Shown here: positions 24,378 through 37,700 of the stretch, in pieces
How the letters are laid out: each line of letters starts with the position of its first letter
Numbering within the stretch: position 1 is the stretch's first letter
NCBI RefSeq assembly: GCF_000150275.1
Contig: NW_002060947.1
Coordinates: forward strand, 3,896,335-3,960,334
Direction of reading: 5' to 3'
Length of the DNA stretch: 64,000 nucleotides
Source: Trichoplax adhaerens
Lineage: Eukaryota; Animalia; Placozoa
Notes under the pieces: generated by a model
The model's input: the letters and a program-made list of their open reading frames with translations, nothing else
Told to the model about the DNA's origin: nothing
Database searches by the model: none
Program-made: the position numbers and the translations under genes

Positions 24378-25779
24378 TACGGTATTTATCTAATGCATTT
24401 TACTTAGCATCCTCCATTCAGAAAGCAGAAAGCCGGCCGGCCGATATCGTGCACTTTACTAGAGAATATTTTGTAGAAGACTTGGATCTACTATAGCGTC
24501 TCGTTGTAGCCTTATTATGTACGTGTAGGCCCGTAGAAGACAGCGTGGAGCACTACTGTATCCAGTAGAAGCGGCATGCAGAGGAAAAGGCTGTAAGAAA
24601 GCAAGTTTGTCTTTATTGCAGTGACTGATGGATGCCACACTGCAACAAAATGCATGTCACACCTACACCACTGAATGAGTCCAGACAATGACATTACTTT
24701 TGATTCATTTCCCTACTCTAACTATTACTTTGGACGATAAAAGAATGTCGTACACTTGCGTCATCGTCACCATCATTGACGACGCCATTTCTGCGGCAGT
24801 GTGTCAACTATTTTGAAATCGTCGCTTTTGTTATCTTGTTTTGTTAACATCAAGACAAAAGAGTTGATCAGCCGATACAAGATTAAAATACCAATCTACC
24901 AATCAAACAATACCGTTATAAATTTCACGACTATTTATACCATTTTCCCATTTTGACCGGACTTATCCACTCCATTGCAAGCATATGGCCGATCGATTTG
25001 GATGCCTTGAAGATCATTAATTAATTCGCAGTGAGTGCTGTCATACTTATTCGTTGCCCTTGTTGCCAATCATAGTCGTCTACTTGTATTCATTTTATTA
25101 GCCATATTGCGTAGGGTAAAGAAACCAGTGACATGTGCAGTGAGAGTGTCGAGAAGGGTCTATCTTATCTTTACCGATTACTCCATCCATCGCGATGAAA
25201 TTGGCGTTATCGCCAATCGTAGGCGATACCGTGCCATATCCTATTTCAATATCATAGTAATAAGTTGATCGACCTACAAGAATAGCCAAATGTTTATCAT
25301 TTCTTTCTATTCCACATACGTTGATTGAAGATACAGCAATCAAGCCATACAATAATTTATCCTGTCCAATAGTTGTCTAGCCGTAAGATTGATGTTGTCT
25401 TAGATTGGATATATAACCTGCACTCTAGAATACAATATTGAATTGACGCAATCTTGTAAGATTATATCTCTTTTTTCCCCCCCCCCCCTACTTTGGCCAT
25501 TTTTTAAATCTTTTTTCCCCCCTTATTTTTAACCCTTATTTTCATCACCCTATCATTGATTCAATTGTTCGTTATTGAAGATACTCTATACTCCACTATT
25601 CATAGTTGAAATTAGGAATTTGTCTCCGATTTTGGCATCAAAATAGAGATATAGCTCAATCTGTAGTCTTTGCCAATGCAGTATACTGTAAACTATCATC
25701 AACAGTCTTGTATCAGCAATCGATTGAATATCTTGAGATTGACACAATGGGTATCTTTTATTTAAGTCCATCCAAGAAT

Positions 25780-28700
25780 ATGGAGTCGGTTCTTCATCAA
25801 TTATCCAAGGATGCGTCGCCAACCAAGCAGAAATCGCTTCGTGATGCTTGTGCAACAGCTACAGGTATAGTTATTTATCCAAGAATATCAGTCTATTCAC
25901 AAATAGACTGATGGCTAGATTGCCGGTAAAATTTCAATTCCTTTCATCATCGAATACAATACTTGTACTACATCGATGTTATTCATTTGCCTAACATAGT
26001 TATACAGTTAGTTGAAAGTAAGTCATGTCCATTTCGTTGTCTTTAGCGATAGTCACAAGATATAACAGTCGTTATTGAAATTGTTATCAACAACAGCATG
26101 GTTAAAATACACACCCGACAATTAAAATCTCCTTCAGAAGTGAATCATTCGTTATAGTCATAAAAATGCCCTACTTTATTTGAATTCTAAGCGTTGTACT
26201 TGACTCATTCCATTGAGTATTATACTATGGAGATAATCGATATCATCTTTTCACTATTATATCCTAGAAATCTTGTTGGGTAAAAGTTCCGTCAAGCCTT
26301 ATATACTAAGGTAAGCTGAAACCATCCGAACGTAAATATGGGAAAGCAATACCACGTTGTTAACCTTTACTAGAATGGTATTGTTGAGTTTTGTATGCCA
26401 TGGCTACATTATTCTACCGTTATACTTGTCGGATAAAATCATAATAACCCACTATCTTACATCGTGGAATCAACTAGTACCAACGATGATAATGTTAAAT
26501 GTACAATTTACAACCATGAATTTAGTCAATGGAATAGAATATGATCAACTTTAATTGCTGAAAGACAAAAAAAAAGAAAGAACTACTGTACATGGAGGTA
26601 GTGTACAACCACTTTTTAATGTTGTCTTTCCAATCTTATCGTAGAGAAAAATGCCTATTACCCATCAAGTTAGCATTTGAAAGCCGGAGTAATAAATTGG
26701 CTGGCCATGGCATTCGAGGACTCCAAGTAAGTTCAAAATAAAAAGTTCTTTAAATTTTTTTTTTACTTTTTGTATTATTGTGACATCAAAATATGACAGC
26801 TTTTCTAACCGCAACAGCATCATTTTATGACCAACTAAAATTTCACAGTGACTTCAACAAGAAACTAAAATATCTTCACTTTATGTAATGGACGTAGTAT
26901 TTATTCCCTTCCGTTTTATTCATTGCTTTATTACTCTTCATTTCCATCCTGACATTTTATTCGTCTATCTCATTCTGCGAACAACTGTTCAGTTAAAAAT
27001 TGTTGATCCTTTCAGAATTACTCCATAATCTTGTAATAGAAATGTTACAGGCAATGATATACATACAAATGAATTTGAAAGAGGTAGAAAAATGAATCCA
27101 TCGTAGACGCTATTCCTGCGGTAATTGACAAACTACTATTTTATCGCGTCAAGAATAAAGTAACAATACTATCACGCGAGATACTAACTCGACGAATGAA
27201 AGACATTTATGTACATCGCCATTTAATCAACGCTCATGTGTGCCATCGTTTATTCTAAACAATATCTTCACCTACGTTGTCATAATAGCAGCTAGTATAC
27301 GCATAGCTTATTAGCTTATAAATTTATACGCTCACTCCACGTTAAAATATTGGATAATCGATCATGTCAAGAGTTTTAGTATCCACGCTCAAAAGATGCC
27401 AATACCTTCGGAGCAGACGTACTAACATAGGGCATCAAGGAAGAAAATTGTAGTCAACCATTCAATCTATTCCTATAAGATATTCAGTCTTGATGTTATA
27501 CCGTTCAATCCTGCGTAGAATCAACTTTTAACGATAGAAAATAAATGATAAAAGTCATCTTGCGTAGAAGTGCAGTCGATATCAGTTCAACTTGCCATGT
27601 TAACTTATTAATCTATTCCTTAGTCAATCTGCAATTCCTTATCTACCCAATAAAGCTTGAAAGCAGATTTTCCCCCTTTTCTCTCCAAGCCTACTAGGAC
27701 ACAAAGCATAACTCAGTTAAAGTGCAAATAAATAATATAATAATCAACGCTATACAATGTCATACAATACTATCGTTACTTAACAAGCTATCATTGAGAT
27801 CGAGCAAAATTGAAAGAAAAACTGTAATCAGCTTGTTAAATTCAGGTAAAATACTATAGTTAACCTTCAGATAAATTTGAATAGTCTATATTGATCAAAT
27901 TAGACGTGATAACATCATCCAATTGATCAACCATTGATTGATGATAGTAAAATGAAATCAAATACGGGGAGAAAACTTGTTAAAGTCCCTTGATGAATTT
28001 TATTCTACCATTGGATCCATACTAACTTCACGTACCTTCTGCTTTCATTGCTTTTATTATTTTGTCTTTTTTGTTTTCATTCCATCAATAATATATCCCT
28101 CTATTTATAGTTATGTTTAGAATTTATTTTAACAGACAGTATAGGCTATCCTGTAAAACATCAGTGGTATTCCTTTACGCTATACTTTTATAACAAATAT
28201 CAATAAATTCTGCTAGGTAGTATACGTAAACAATGCCTTCAACTAATTGTTTAATAACACTATAATTTTACAATACTTTCTTCTATACTCAGCCGATAAC
28301 GACCAATTAAACCAATTTTTCCCCTCTTCTATATGTCATGAAATATAAAATGGAGAGATCAAGTGTACTCGTTTATCCAGTAATTAGCTTCATATCATAA
28401 TTAACCAAGATAAAATGAACATCATCGATCGACGATGTTGTTATATAAAAGTAAAATACTTGTAAACCGTTATGGTAGACAGACATTGGCTTAACAAATC
28501 ATTCAACAATTCGAAAAATTGTTGAGGGGGCTACAGAAAAAGATTCCTATAGCTTTTAATAAAAACCCTTAGGTAACAAATTATACTTTATTGCTCAATA
28601 ATTGATACTATTATTTTATAAAAAGACGATATACTATAGAAATAAACGCTTAAAATTCAACTATCCTTTTGAAATGATGAAAAATATTGCATAATCTTTT

Positions 28701-31700
28701 ACGATGCACATAAAAATGATATCACTATACTGTTTTTAAATTGTAGCATTTCAAATTTTTCCTCTTAAGCTAATGATATTATCTATTGTCATGTGCATTT
28801 ATACTGACAAGTTACGGCCATGATGATATTCATTTACTAACAACGAGTACGTTGGAAGCCTTAAATAACTACTATCTAAAAATCTAGTTCAAAAATGACA
28901 TTTTCCATCATTGCCTGATAGTGAAAATTGAATACTTAAGTTAATCAGATGTAGAAAATCTAAAAGATGCTCGCACTCGCTCTGGATATAGGAATAAAAA
29001 TAATAATCCTGTAGTAACATTGGACTGAATCGTACTGATTCACTACTACAAGGTCAAAAACAAAATATGTAAATTATTTTTAATATGCAAAGCTTTATTC
29101 CAGCACAATAGATCGATTAGTGAGAGCGCAGCTCTTGATGTTGTACATCCACATCTATTCTAACCGTATAATGAATTCAGAAAATAAACTTTGTTTTTCC
29201 TTTAATTTAACTAATGAAGATCATCTTTCATCAATCTCAGTTGTCTAACTCTTAAATAGTGATGAGGATCTATAATTTTGTTCGTAGGAAGCATTTCTAT
29301 ATTACAATCATCGCGATTTCAGCCATTGATTACTATACTAAATGTTTGCTTAAATTTTCGATCCTTCTCTTTCTAAATTCTTTAATTTATGTTCATATCC
29401 TTAAAGTATCTTAAAACTTCGTTGTTGTTACTTAACAACCTAATTCTCTTTTACTGTCTGAATTTGTAATCCTCTTTACCACTTGATATACAGGTATAGT
29501 GGTTATGTTCATTCTTTAGCTAATCACTAAGTTCTAAAGTCTATTGTAAAACTATACGTATTGCGTATACTGTAGATAAAAATTTAATGGAACGTTTTTT
29601 TTATTGGAGAGAGACAGTAGCCTAATAAACTTTTAAAATTAATAAAAAATGCCTTTAAGGTAATTTCTACCTTCGTAAAATGTAGACAGTTCAAAACTAC
29701 TGGCTACTGTCATGATGATATATGCGTATATCATACGCGTATGTGGGTGTCGTTAAAAATGATTCTTGCCTACAGCATCAGTTAAGAAGCTATAATAATA
29801 ACTTCAGTAGTACATTTTCTTCTCGATCCAATCAAAATGATACGCAGTAATAATAGGATACTTTCACTGTGTTGTAATGAATAGTCGTATATGACGAACT
29901 GAAAAAAATTCAGTTACCAATATTTCTTTTGTCCTTTTACGTATATTGTATACCCATATGCCAGTATAATTAATTGTAGTATCGTCATTAACAGTCAATT
30001 TTTATTCTCCTTTCTTAATAATAATTGTAATACAGAATATGAATGAAAGATTATCGTTTGCAACTATAATTTTATGATAAACGGTGATGCTAAATTCAGC
30101 TAGTAACAAGGCTTTTAATCATTTTGTAAAACTATTATTCATCGTGAGCTATATTTTTAATTAACACACAACTGTAATTATATTAAAGAAATTTTCCTTG
30201 GTACTCGTAATTTATTAATTAATACAACGAATACATATCAGTGTTATGATGACCTAGAAAGAGCAATAATTAATTTCTCTTAAGTAATTAGGCAACTATT
30301 TAGTATCTGCTTGTTCCTTCCGGTTGTCTTATCATTAATCCTGTGATTACTAATAAGTACAGTATCATACACTGTCAAAGCTATTTTTTTCCTATTCTTT
30401 TTCGTAAAACTAGACAGTAAAACAAATTTATATAACAATTATTGAATAATTTTATTCATCTACAATTATTATACATAGCCACTAGCATAGGAGCGCATTT
30501 AAAAAACATCTATTATCGCAATCTACTTAAAAGTCATCCAATCTACAGTATTGCGCTTGAAATGCTGCAAACTAAAATTAGCCTTAAAATCCAGAATGGA
30601 TTTATTCTATGTTCTCGCCGATGCTCTATTTTCTAATAGCACTGATATTACTCGTGAAATCCTTGCAGTAGTTGTAGTTGGTTGAAATTAAATGATAACT
30701 CTCGATGATATTTGATGCTAGCATATGCGCATAATCAATCGTAGAAATTGTATTGAGATAGATTATAAATGTGTTTATCAACTGATTTACCGGCAATGCC
30801 TATTGGTATTTCATTTTTAGAAAATTCTTTTAGACGATCGCTTCGCCAGTAGTGAAAATGACCCGTTTGACTGTCAACTTACTGTCCAACTGATTAATAC
30901 ATTTACAAATATTACCAACTTTTCCGATGAAATTCAAATCGAAATTATGAAGGTAAGGAAATGTCTTCCCGACTACCAATACTACATCATTTCTTTCTAT
31001 CTATGCAGTGTATACTAGTAAGAGAGTGAAATATATCATTATCCGAGTAGATTCTGCGCGTATACTTCCAATGCTTGTCTAATCTAGCGTATTAAAACAT
31101 TTATTGATTTACATTACTTTTTATAATAATTCTACAATACATATCGTATGTATAGTAATTACATTTATTTTCTAAAAAACTACTCAATTTTTGATACAGC
31201 CTTATACAAATTACCATTTACGTCATCGTCGTCAACAAATTTATACAATATTTTACGAACAAATTGACATCTTTATGCTTTCTAATTGCCATTAACCAAT
31301 CGTATACTAATCTAGATCCTATAAAATTGTTGATGAGCATAGCATTTAGATTGCTATACAATAATTCTATAATCTACAGTATGTCTATATGGGAGTTGTA
31401 TTTATATTTAGAAATTATTTTTAAGATGCGATACTATTCCTATGTCATCATAAGATTTGATAATACAAATATTTCACTATCTAAGCAGCATATTTATACT
31501 TCTGATATATCTAATATAGTATACAATAACTCTGATTCCCCAAAATATTTGATTAAAAGTAAAATATTAATTGCATATTACAATAAGTCTACTTGTAACA
31601 ATGAAAATCATCTTTATGTTCAAACAAATCATTCTAAATGCAGCTAATATACTGTAATCGTATACTATATCTTATGTCGTAAGATTTCAAAACATATATA

Positions 31701-34700
31701 GCCATGAAAATTTTGAGAGATATTCTTCGCTATCGCAACTTTCAAGTGTTTATATAGTATTTATTGTCTATCATATCTTATTATAATAACATTGCTAATT
31801 TAATGAGTAATTGAGTAGCAATGAAATGATAGATAAATAAATAGGCCTAGTATCGCAGAGGGAACTGAAAAGTACTGCAGTTACATAAGAAACATGGCAG
31901 CTGTCTTGAATATTTCCCTTACATGCAAATATATTTTGTATTTAAAGCTAATACTTAAATATGGCAATGTACTTTACTGCAATATTTCTAATGTTAATGC
32001 TTTCAAACTAAAGTACTCCACTGTCAAAATAGGCAATTCATCTGTGCAACAGCACTTTAAAAAAGTGATTCATTTACAGTTTAGTAATATAAATAAATAG
32101 CATTCGGTTTGGATAAAAAAATCTGCATATGTAAATATTATGACAGATATCTATCTTCAAGCAGAAACAGATAAAGCAAATATGTTTTCATTTTTTTCCT
32201 TATAGATTTATGTGGTAGTATTCTCTTTTCGAGTTAGACTCAATAGAAAGTTTTCATTATTTAATAGTTTATCACGATTTTGATTAAATACTGCATCATT
32301 ATGGCGAATACACCCGGCTTGTTAGAAAGAAAAGCTCACAGGGCTAGCATTAAATCGCACTTTATTCATAGAAGATTATCATAATAGTCATTCGATAATT
32401 TTACGCGGATTAATTGTAGTGAGATAATAGCACCAACCATATTTAGGCTATTTAGGGTTAGGAATAATAAAATTGCGATAGTGCTATCATATTCAAATAA
32501 AATAATAAAAAGAATTTTTGTAGCTTAGTAATAGAATTAAAGTAAGTAGATTGTAGCCATCATACGTGTATAGTATAGATCAATATTACTTTATAGAAGT
32601 GCCGATGATAGACGTAAAACTGACAGTTAATTGTAACCTTAACATTCTGTCATATTAAAAACATTGGAAAGGAATGATAGACGAATTATAGCTATGAAAT
32701 TCTGTTTAAGTGGTTCATTTGTAATCAAACACAGATTTTACTGGCTGCGACTTGTTCTCTGAATTGTCAACTGCATGGAGAAGAATTGAAGAAAGCAGCT
32801 CAGGTAACTTAAGTATCATCAATCTTAGTACAGTATATGATCTACTATCTAATATCAATATAGTCCTTGATCGGATAAAAACTAGTGAATTATGTTTTAC
32901 TTTAGCCATAGCCACCTTAAAATGTAGGTTACAAAATAATTCTGATAATAAGTATTTTAATCTTAATATTAAAGTGAATGGACTACAACTAATTATACGC
33001 AATAAAATATGTGTAATAATTATTTCTAACNNNNNNNNNNNNNNNNNNNNNNNNNNNNNNNNNNNNNNNNNNNNNNNNNNNNNNNNNNNNNNNNNNNNNN
33101 NNNNNNNNNNNNNNNNNNNNNNNNNNNNNNNNNNNNNNNNNNNNNNNNNNNNNNNNNNNNNNNNNNNNNNNNNNNNNNNNNNNNNNNNNNNNNNNNNNNN
33201 NNNNNNNNNNNNNNNNNNNNNNNNNNNNNNNNNNNNNNNNNNNNNNTAATATGATTTGATCACTCATTTATCTTTTAAGCTTATTCGTTCTTAATTATAG
33301 GTTATCGATATAATACAGAAAAGAACTGATAACGATAGAGAATTAGAATCTACTGCTACTGTTGACTTAAGCAATATCAATGTTTCATCTGATGATGATA
33401 AAGCCACCGTTCAACAAGACGAAAATCCTGAACCAACACAAAATGGTAGTGCTGTTGCTAGTGCTGATAGCGTAACACCAATTGGGACAGAATCTACAAA
33501 ATTCGATGAGAACAAGCATGAAATTACCTCCGATAGTTGCGACGCTGAAAATAACAATAATTCAGTTCGTGATTTAGATGCAACTATTCTTTCGGAAAAT
33601 AAAGAAATTCAGGAACAGTCTCAATCATCCAACGAAATACAAGTCAATGATAGTGATGAAAATAGTTGTAAATCCCCATCTGCAGAATCTCTAAATACCG
33701 TAGAAGGAGAAAATGAAATTGTAAATACTACCGGCGATTCCGATCACGAAACGATAGTTGAAATTAAAATAGCAGATAAAGAATCGCAGGATGTTAACAC
33801 TACATCATCTGATACAGATGAAATTATTGTACAAGAAGAAATTTCTGTTCTAAAGGAGGAAGAAGACGAAACTAATCCCAGCAATAATGTTAACGAACCT
33901 GACGATAACTCATGCCCTAGTGAATCTCAAAATGATAATGAAGGCGAAATTGGAGAGTCCAGCAATTTGGGCATTTCGGAAAATAGTGACGAAATTTCTC
34001 ACGCTATTAGTACTGATGACAGTGAAATATTGAAATATGAAAAAGAAAGTGATGATGTCGATCAGAAAAAAATACCAGATGATAACGTAGATACAGACTA
34101 TAATTCCGCCGATGCTATAACCGATAAATCTACGGAATCTACTGATGCAAAAGTGACTTCAAATGATAAATCGATCAGTTTTACTGCTGAAAGCGAGCAA
34201 ACTGATGTAAAACCCAATAATGAAGCAACAGCATCGACACCTGCAACTCCTTTACCTAAGAAAGGCAAGAAAACCGTATCATTTGACGATGAGGTGGCTG
34301 GTGCAGCAGCAGCAAATACAGATAAAGTACATAATGGGATTAATATTTCCATTTTAAAATCCACTGGAAGTAACCATACACGAGCAGCTCAAGAAGCAAA
34401 GTTCAGCTCTTTCGCTAGCAACCAACAAGCAAAAACCAACGATTATAATGATACTTTATCCGGTAAGACATTTTATGCTTGCGTAATATTAATGTTTTTT
34501 AGGTCACAAGATTATTTTCAAAGAAAGCAGCCGCTAAGTCAAATATTTTTATATTATAATGATATCATATACTAGACGCAGAGGACATGGTTGAAAAATT
34601 AACAGAAGACATCATCATGTTGCTCGAATTTTTTAGTTTAGGAATTGAAGCTATTCCAAGGCAAGCCACTTAAAATTCATTATATTTTATATTTAATATA

Positions 34701-37700
34701 CTCATATCTATAAACGAAAAATTCTAGATATTTTAAGTATTAATGGATAGATGCTTAAGATTAATGTTTATAATCAACAGGCAAATGGATCTTCAGACGT
34801 TATCCCTATATTTAGATTCCATTCATGTCATTTTAAGAACCTCACCAACAGTCTTAGAAAATTATAAAAGCTTTGTTAATGTCGTTTGGTATGCTAAAAG
34901 ATATCTACATAAACTTAATCTCATTTACGATTGCATTTCACGTTGTAGCCAATAGCAATTTAAATGTATTTACTTTTCGTTATATCATTTGGAAATTATG
35001 GTAGGCAACGATTATCGCCGGCATTAATATGCGTTTTAGGTCTAACACCTCAATCATTTGGTCTAAAATCCAGCCAACAGACAATGTATATCTACAATAA
35101 CAGAACCTGTTATAAAATTGTGGAGGAGCTATTAAAACATACCAGATCGATTCCCTCTCTTCGTCCAGTTTTAGAATCTATCTTTTATCATATGTTAGCT
35201 TTCCCTCCACCTAATCAGAGATTAGAGCAACTAAAAGCGTTAAAATCGGTGCCGTACTAACTTAAAAACCAATTACTACAACTAACCAATCATATGATTA
35301 ACGCTAATATAATTTTACATTATTACTTTTACTCTATTATAGCTATTTGCTTCACCAACTCGTCTACTTGATATCACGTTGCCTGTACTCCAACAATATC
35401 GAAATAACTCGATTACAGATATCAAAGAAGACAAGGCCATATTAGGGCTACTAAAACTGTAAGTTTTCACAGTGATTGTTTTTCCATTGCAATTATGAAT
35501 TAGTTGTAATTATGGCATTAATATCAAGAACTTTCCCATCATACAAATACTTCTACACTTACTTGCCTACGATTTGAATTGCCCTTTACATCATTAACGC
35601 TGTCAAAGTATTGATGTAATATCTAAGGAAATTCCGTTTTTTTAATTATAGTGTACTAAGGTTACCTTCAATATAGATTAGTTAAGAATTTTATATTTCA
35701 TCTGTAATATTGTATCGCAGTGCATACTTCATTTGTAATAACATTAATTAACGGTATGATACTTTAGGAAATAGACTATTTTATAGCGAGGTTGCTATTC
35801 TAAACTATCATTATACTCATATACATAGGTGTCTGCAGAGTGCTGTGGAAGCTAGCGAGAGTGGCGATTTGGCTAGTTTACAAACAAGCATTGAATGTGT
35901 TTGTGCACTTCTGGAATCGACAGAAGAATTAAGCAAAGGTTCATTGATGTCAGAAAGCCTTCTTCAGTATATGGAAAAAACTTTAAGCCATTTATCATCA
36001 AGCAAAGCTATACCTATCAAGTCTAATGAATCAGAGATAGCTCAAAAATTAAAAGCGTAAGAAAATAATTCTGATATTATCCGCCTATTATTGTAGATAT
36101 AGGTTATCATATTTTTAAATAAGTTTTATGTACCTATATCTAACTCAATCTAACAATTAATAGTGTGGCAGCAGAATCACAACATACCCCTCAAGATAAA
36201 GAAAAGGAGGAAAATTTAGCGGCGGAGAAATCGAAGGTTGCAAAATTAGATATGGAACCCCATAGCATCACAGATATAGCAAAAGAAAACAACGAAGTTA
36301 AATCTGAAGCTAGTGAACAGCAATTCAATGTTGAAACAAATGAAGAAAAAATCTCGGAAAGCGATCAGGAAGATATTACTGATAAAAATATTGATGAACA
36401 AAACATTGAAATTGACGAATCTTTACAAGAAGAGGATGTCATAGCTACCAGCGATAATGCCAACTTAGCTGATCACCCATCGGAAGATAATAATCCAAGT
36501 ACCAATAGTGAAATCCAACCTATTTCAGCGATCGGTGAAGAAGAACGAGATGCAATTGTAAAACAATTGTCCGGCAAATATTTAGAATCAGAAAGCAACT
36601 CGCCATTAACACAAATTATGTCACCGAGTATGGAAATAAATGAAAAAGAAAGCGTACAAAAATTTCTTAGTTGTTTAATGGAGATCTTACCTCATATTTT
36701 GCGCTTAGATAGTTTAACAGATGTAGATACTATGTTGCAACAATTTTCATCAAGCATTTGTAGCATCTTAAGTAGTCCAAAGGGGAAGCAACAACAATCA
36801 TTCCCCAATCAAATTATTCGTGATGATGATGACGAAAATTCATCATTGTGCTCGGAGAAAAGATCTAGTAAACGCCAAGCTAATGACCTTACTCCTTCTT
36901 ATGCGGATAATATTTATCTTGCCACATATTCTGTTTTGTCCTTATGTTGGAAATTGGATATGAGTGGCTATTACAGAAGCCTGAAATTAAATCAAGAACG
37001 TACCCCCATAGTATCTGAGGTACGCCAACTAATAGAATTTAATATTCCTTTCACGTAGACAACTATGACATTAAAAATCCTGCATAAGAAATTCGATCTT
37101 TGTATAGCTCTTTTATCGATGAATAAGCTTTGTGTTAGCAAATGTCGATGTGGTTGTGTACAAAAAATATATTTATAATCAATACATTGTTTATTTCTAT
37201 GTTTAAGGCTGAATTTATAAAAAGTACAGAAGAGAATAATAACGCTATCCCGCAGCTTCCTACTTCATGGCTATCGGAGCTTTACCATCGAATACTATCA
37301 TTTAACATATTAGAAACTGCAGGCTATGATAAGAGTTTCGGCAACCCTCATCTTATTAGGCTAATTAAGGAGGATAGTGTTGAAAGGCGCTTAAAACAAT
37401 TGAAAACTCTTGAAGATGATCGTTTGATACTTTTTGAATTAGGTAATACTCGATCAGTTGACTTGATACCTGATTCCAAGTAATAGTTTTAGTTGTAATT
37501 TTTTTAATTTGCTACTCATTTTGTTTTGGCAGGAAGAAAATTAGCTCGCAGCATACTTACTACAGTTTGGGACCATATCATGCAAATTTTAATTGCTCCA
37601 TTAACTGTCCCAAAACCAATAACTGCGAAGACGATGGTTAGCATGGTCCTAAGCAATTATAAAGAACACCACCTAAAAGAGCGCCAACTATTAACGTTAA

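Noticed and set aside
26727-30820. Nested gene or pseudogene in the 4.1-kb ARFGEF3 intron (short open stretches near 28940-29500)
   Set aside because: Only short frames, with no recognisable motif or consistent splice chain.
32715-33267. ORFs spanning the N run
   Set aside because: Artefacts of translating through Ns; the real coding piece is the 69-nt exon 32735-32803 in another frame.
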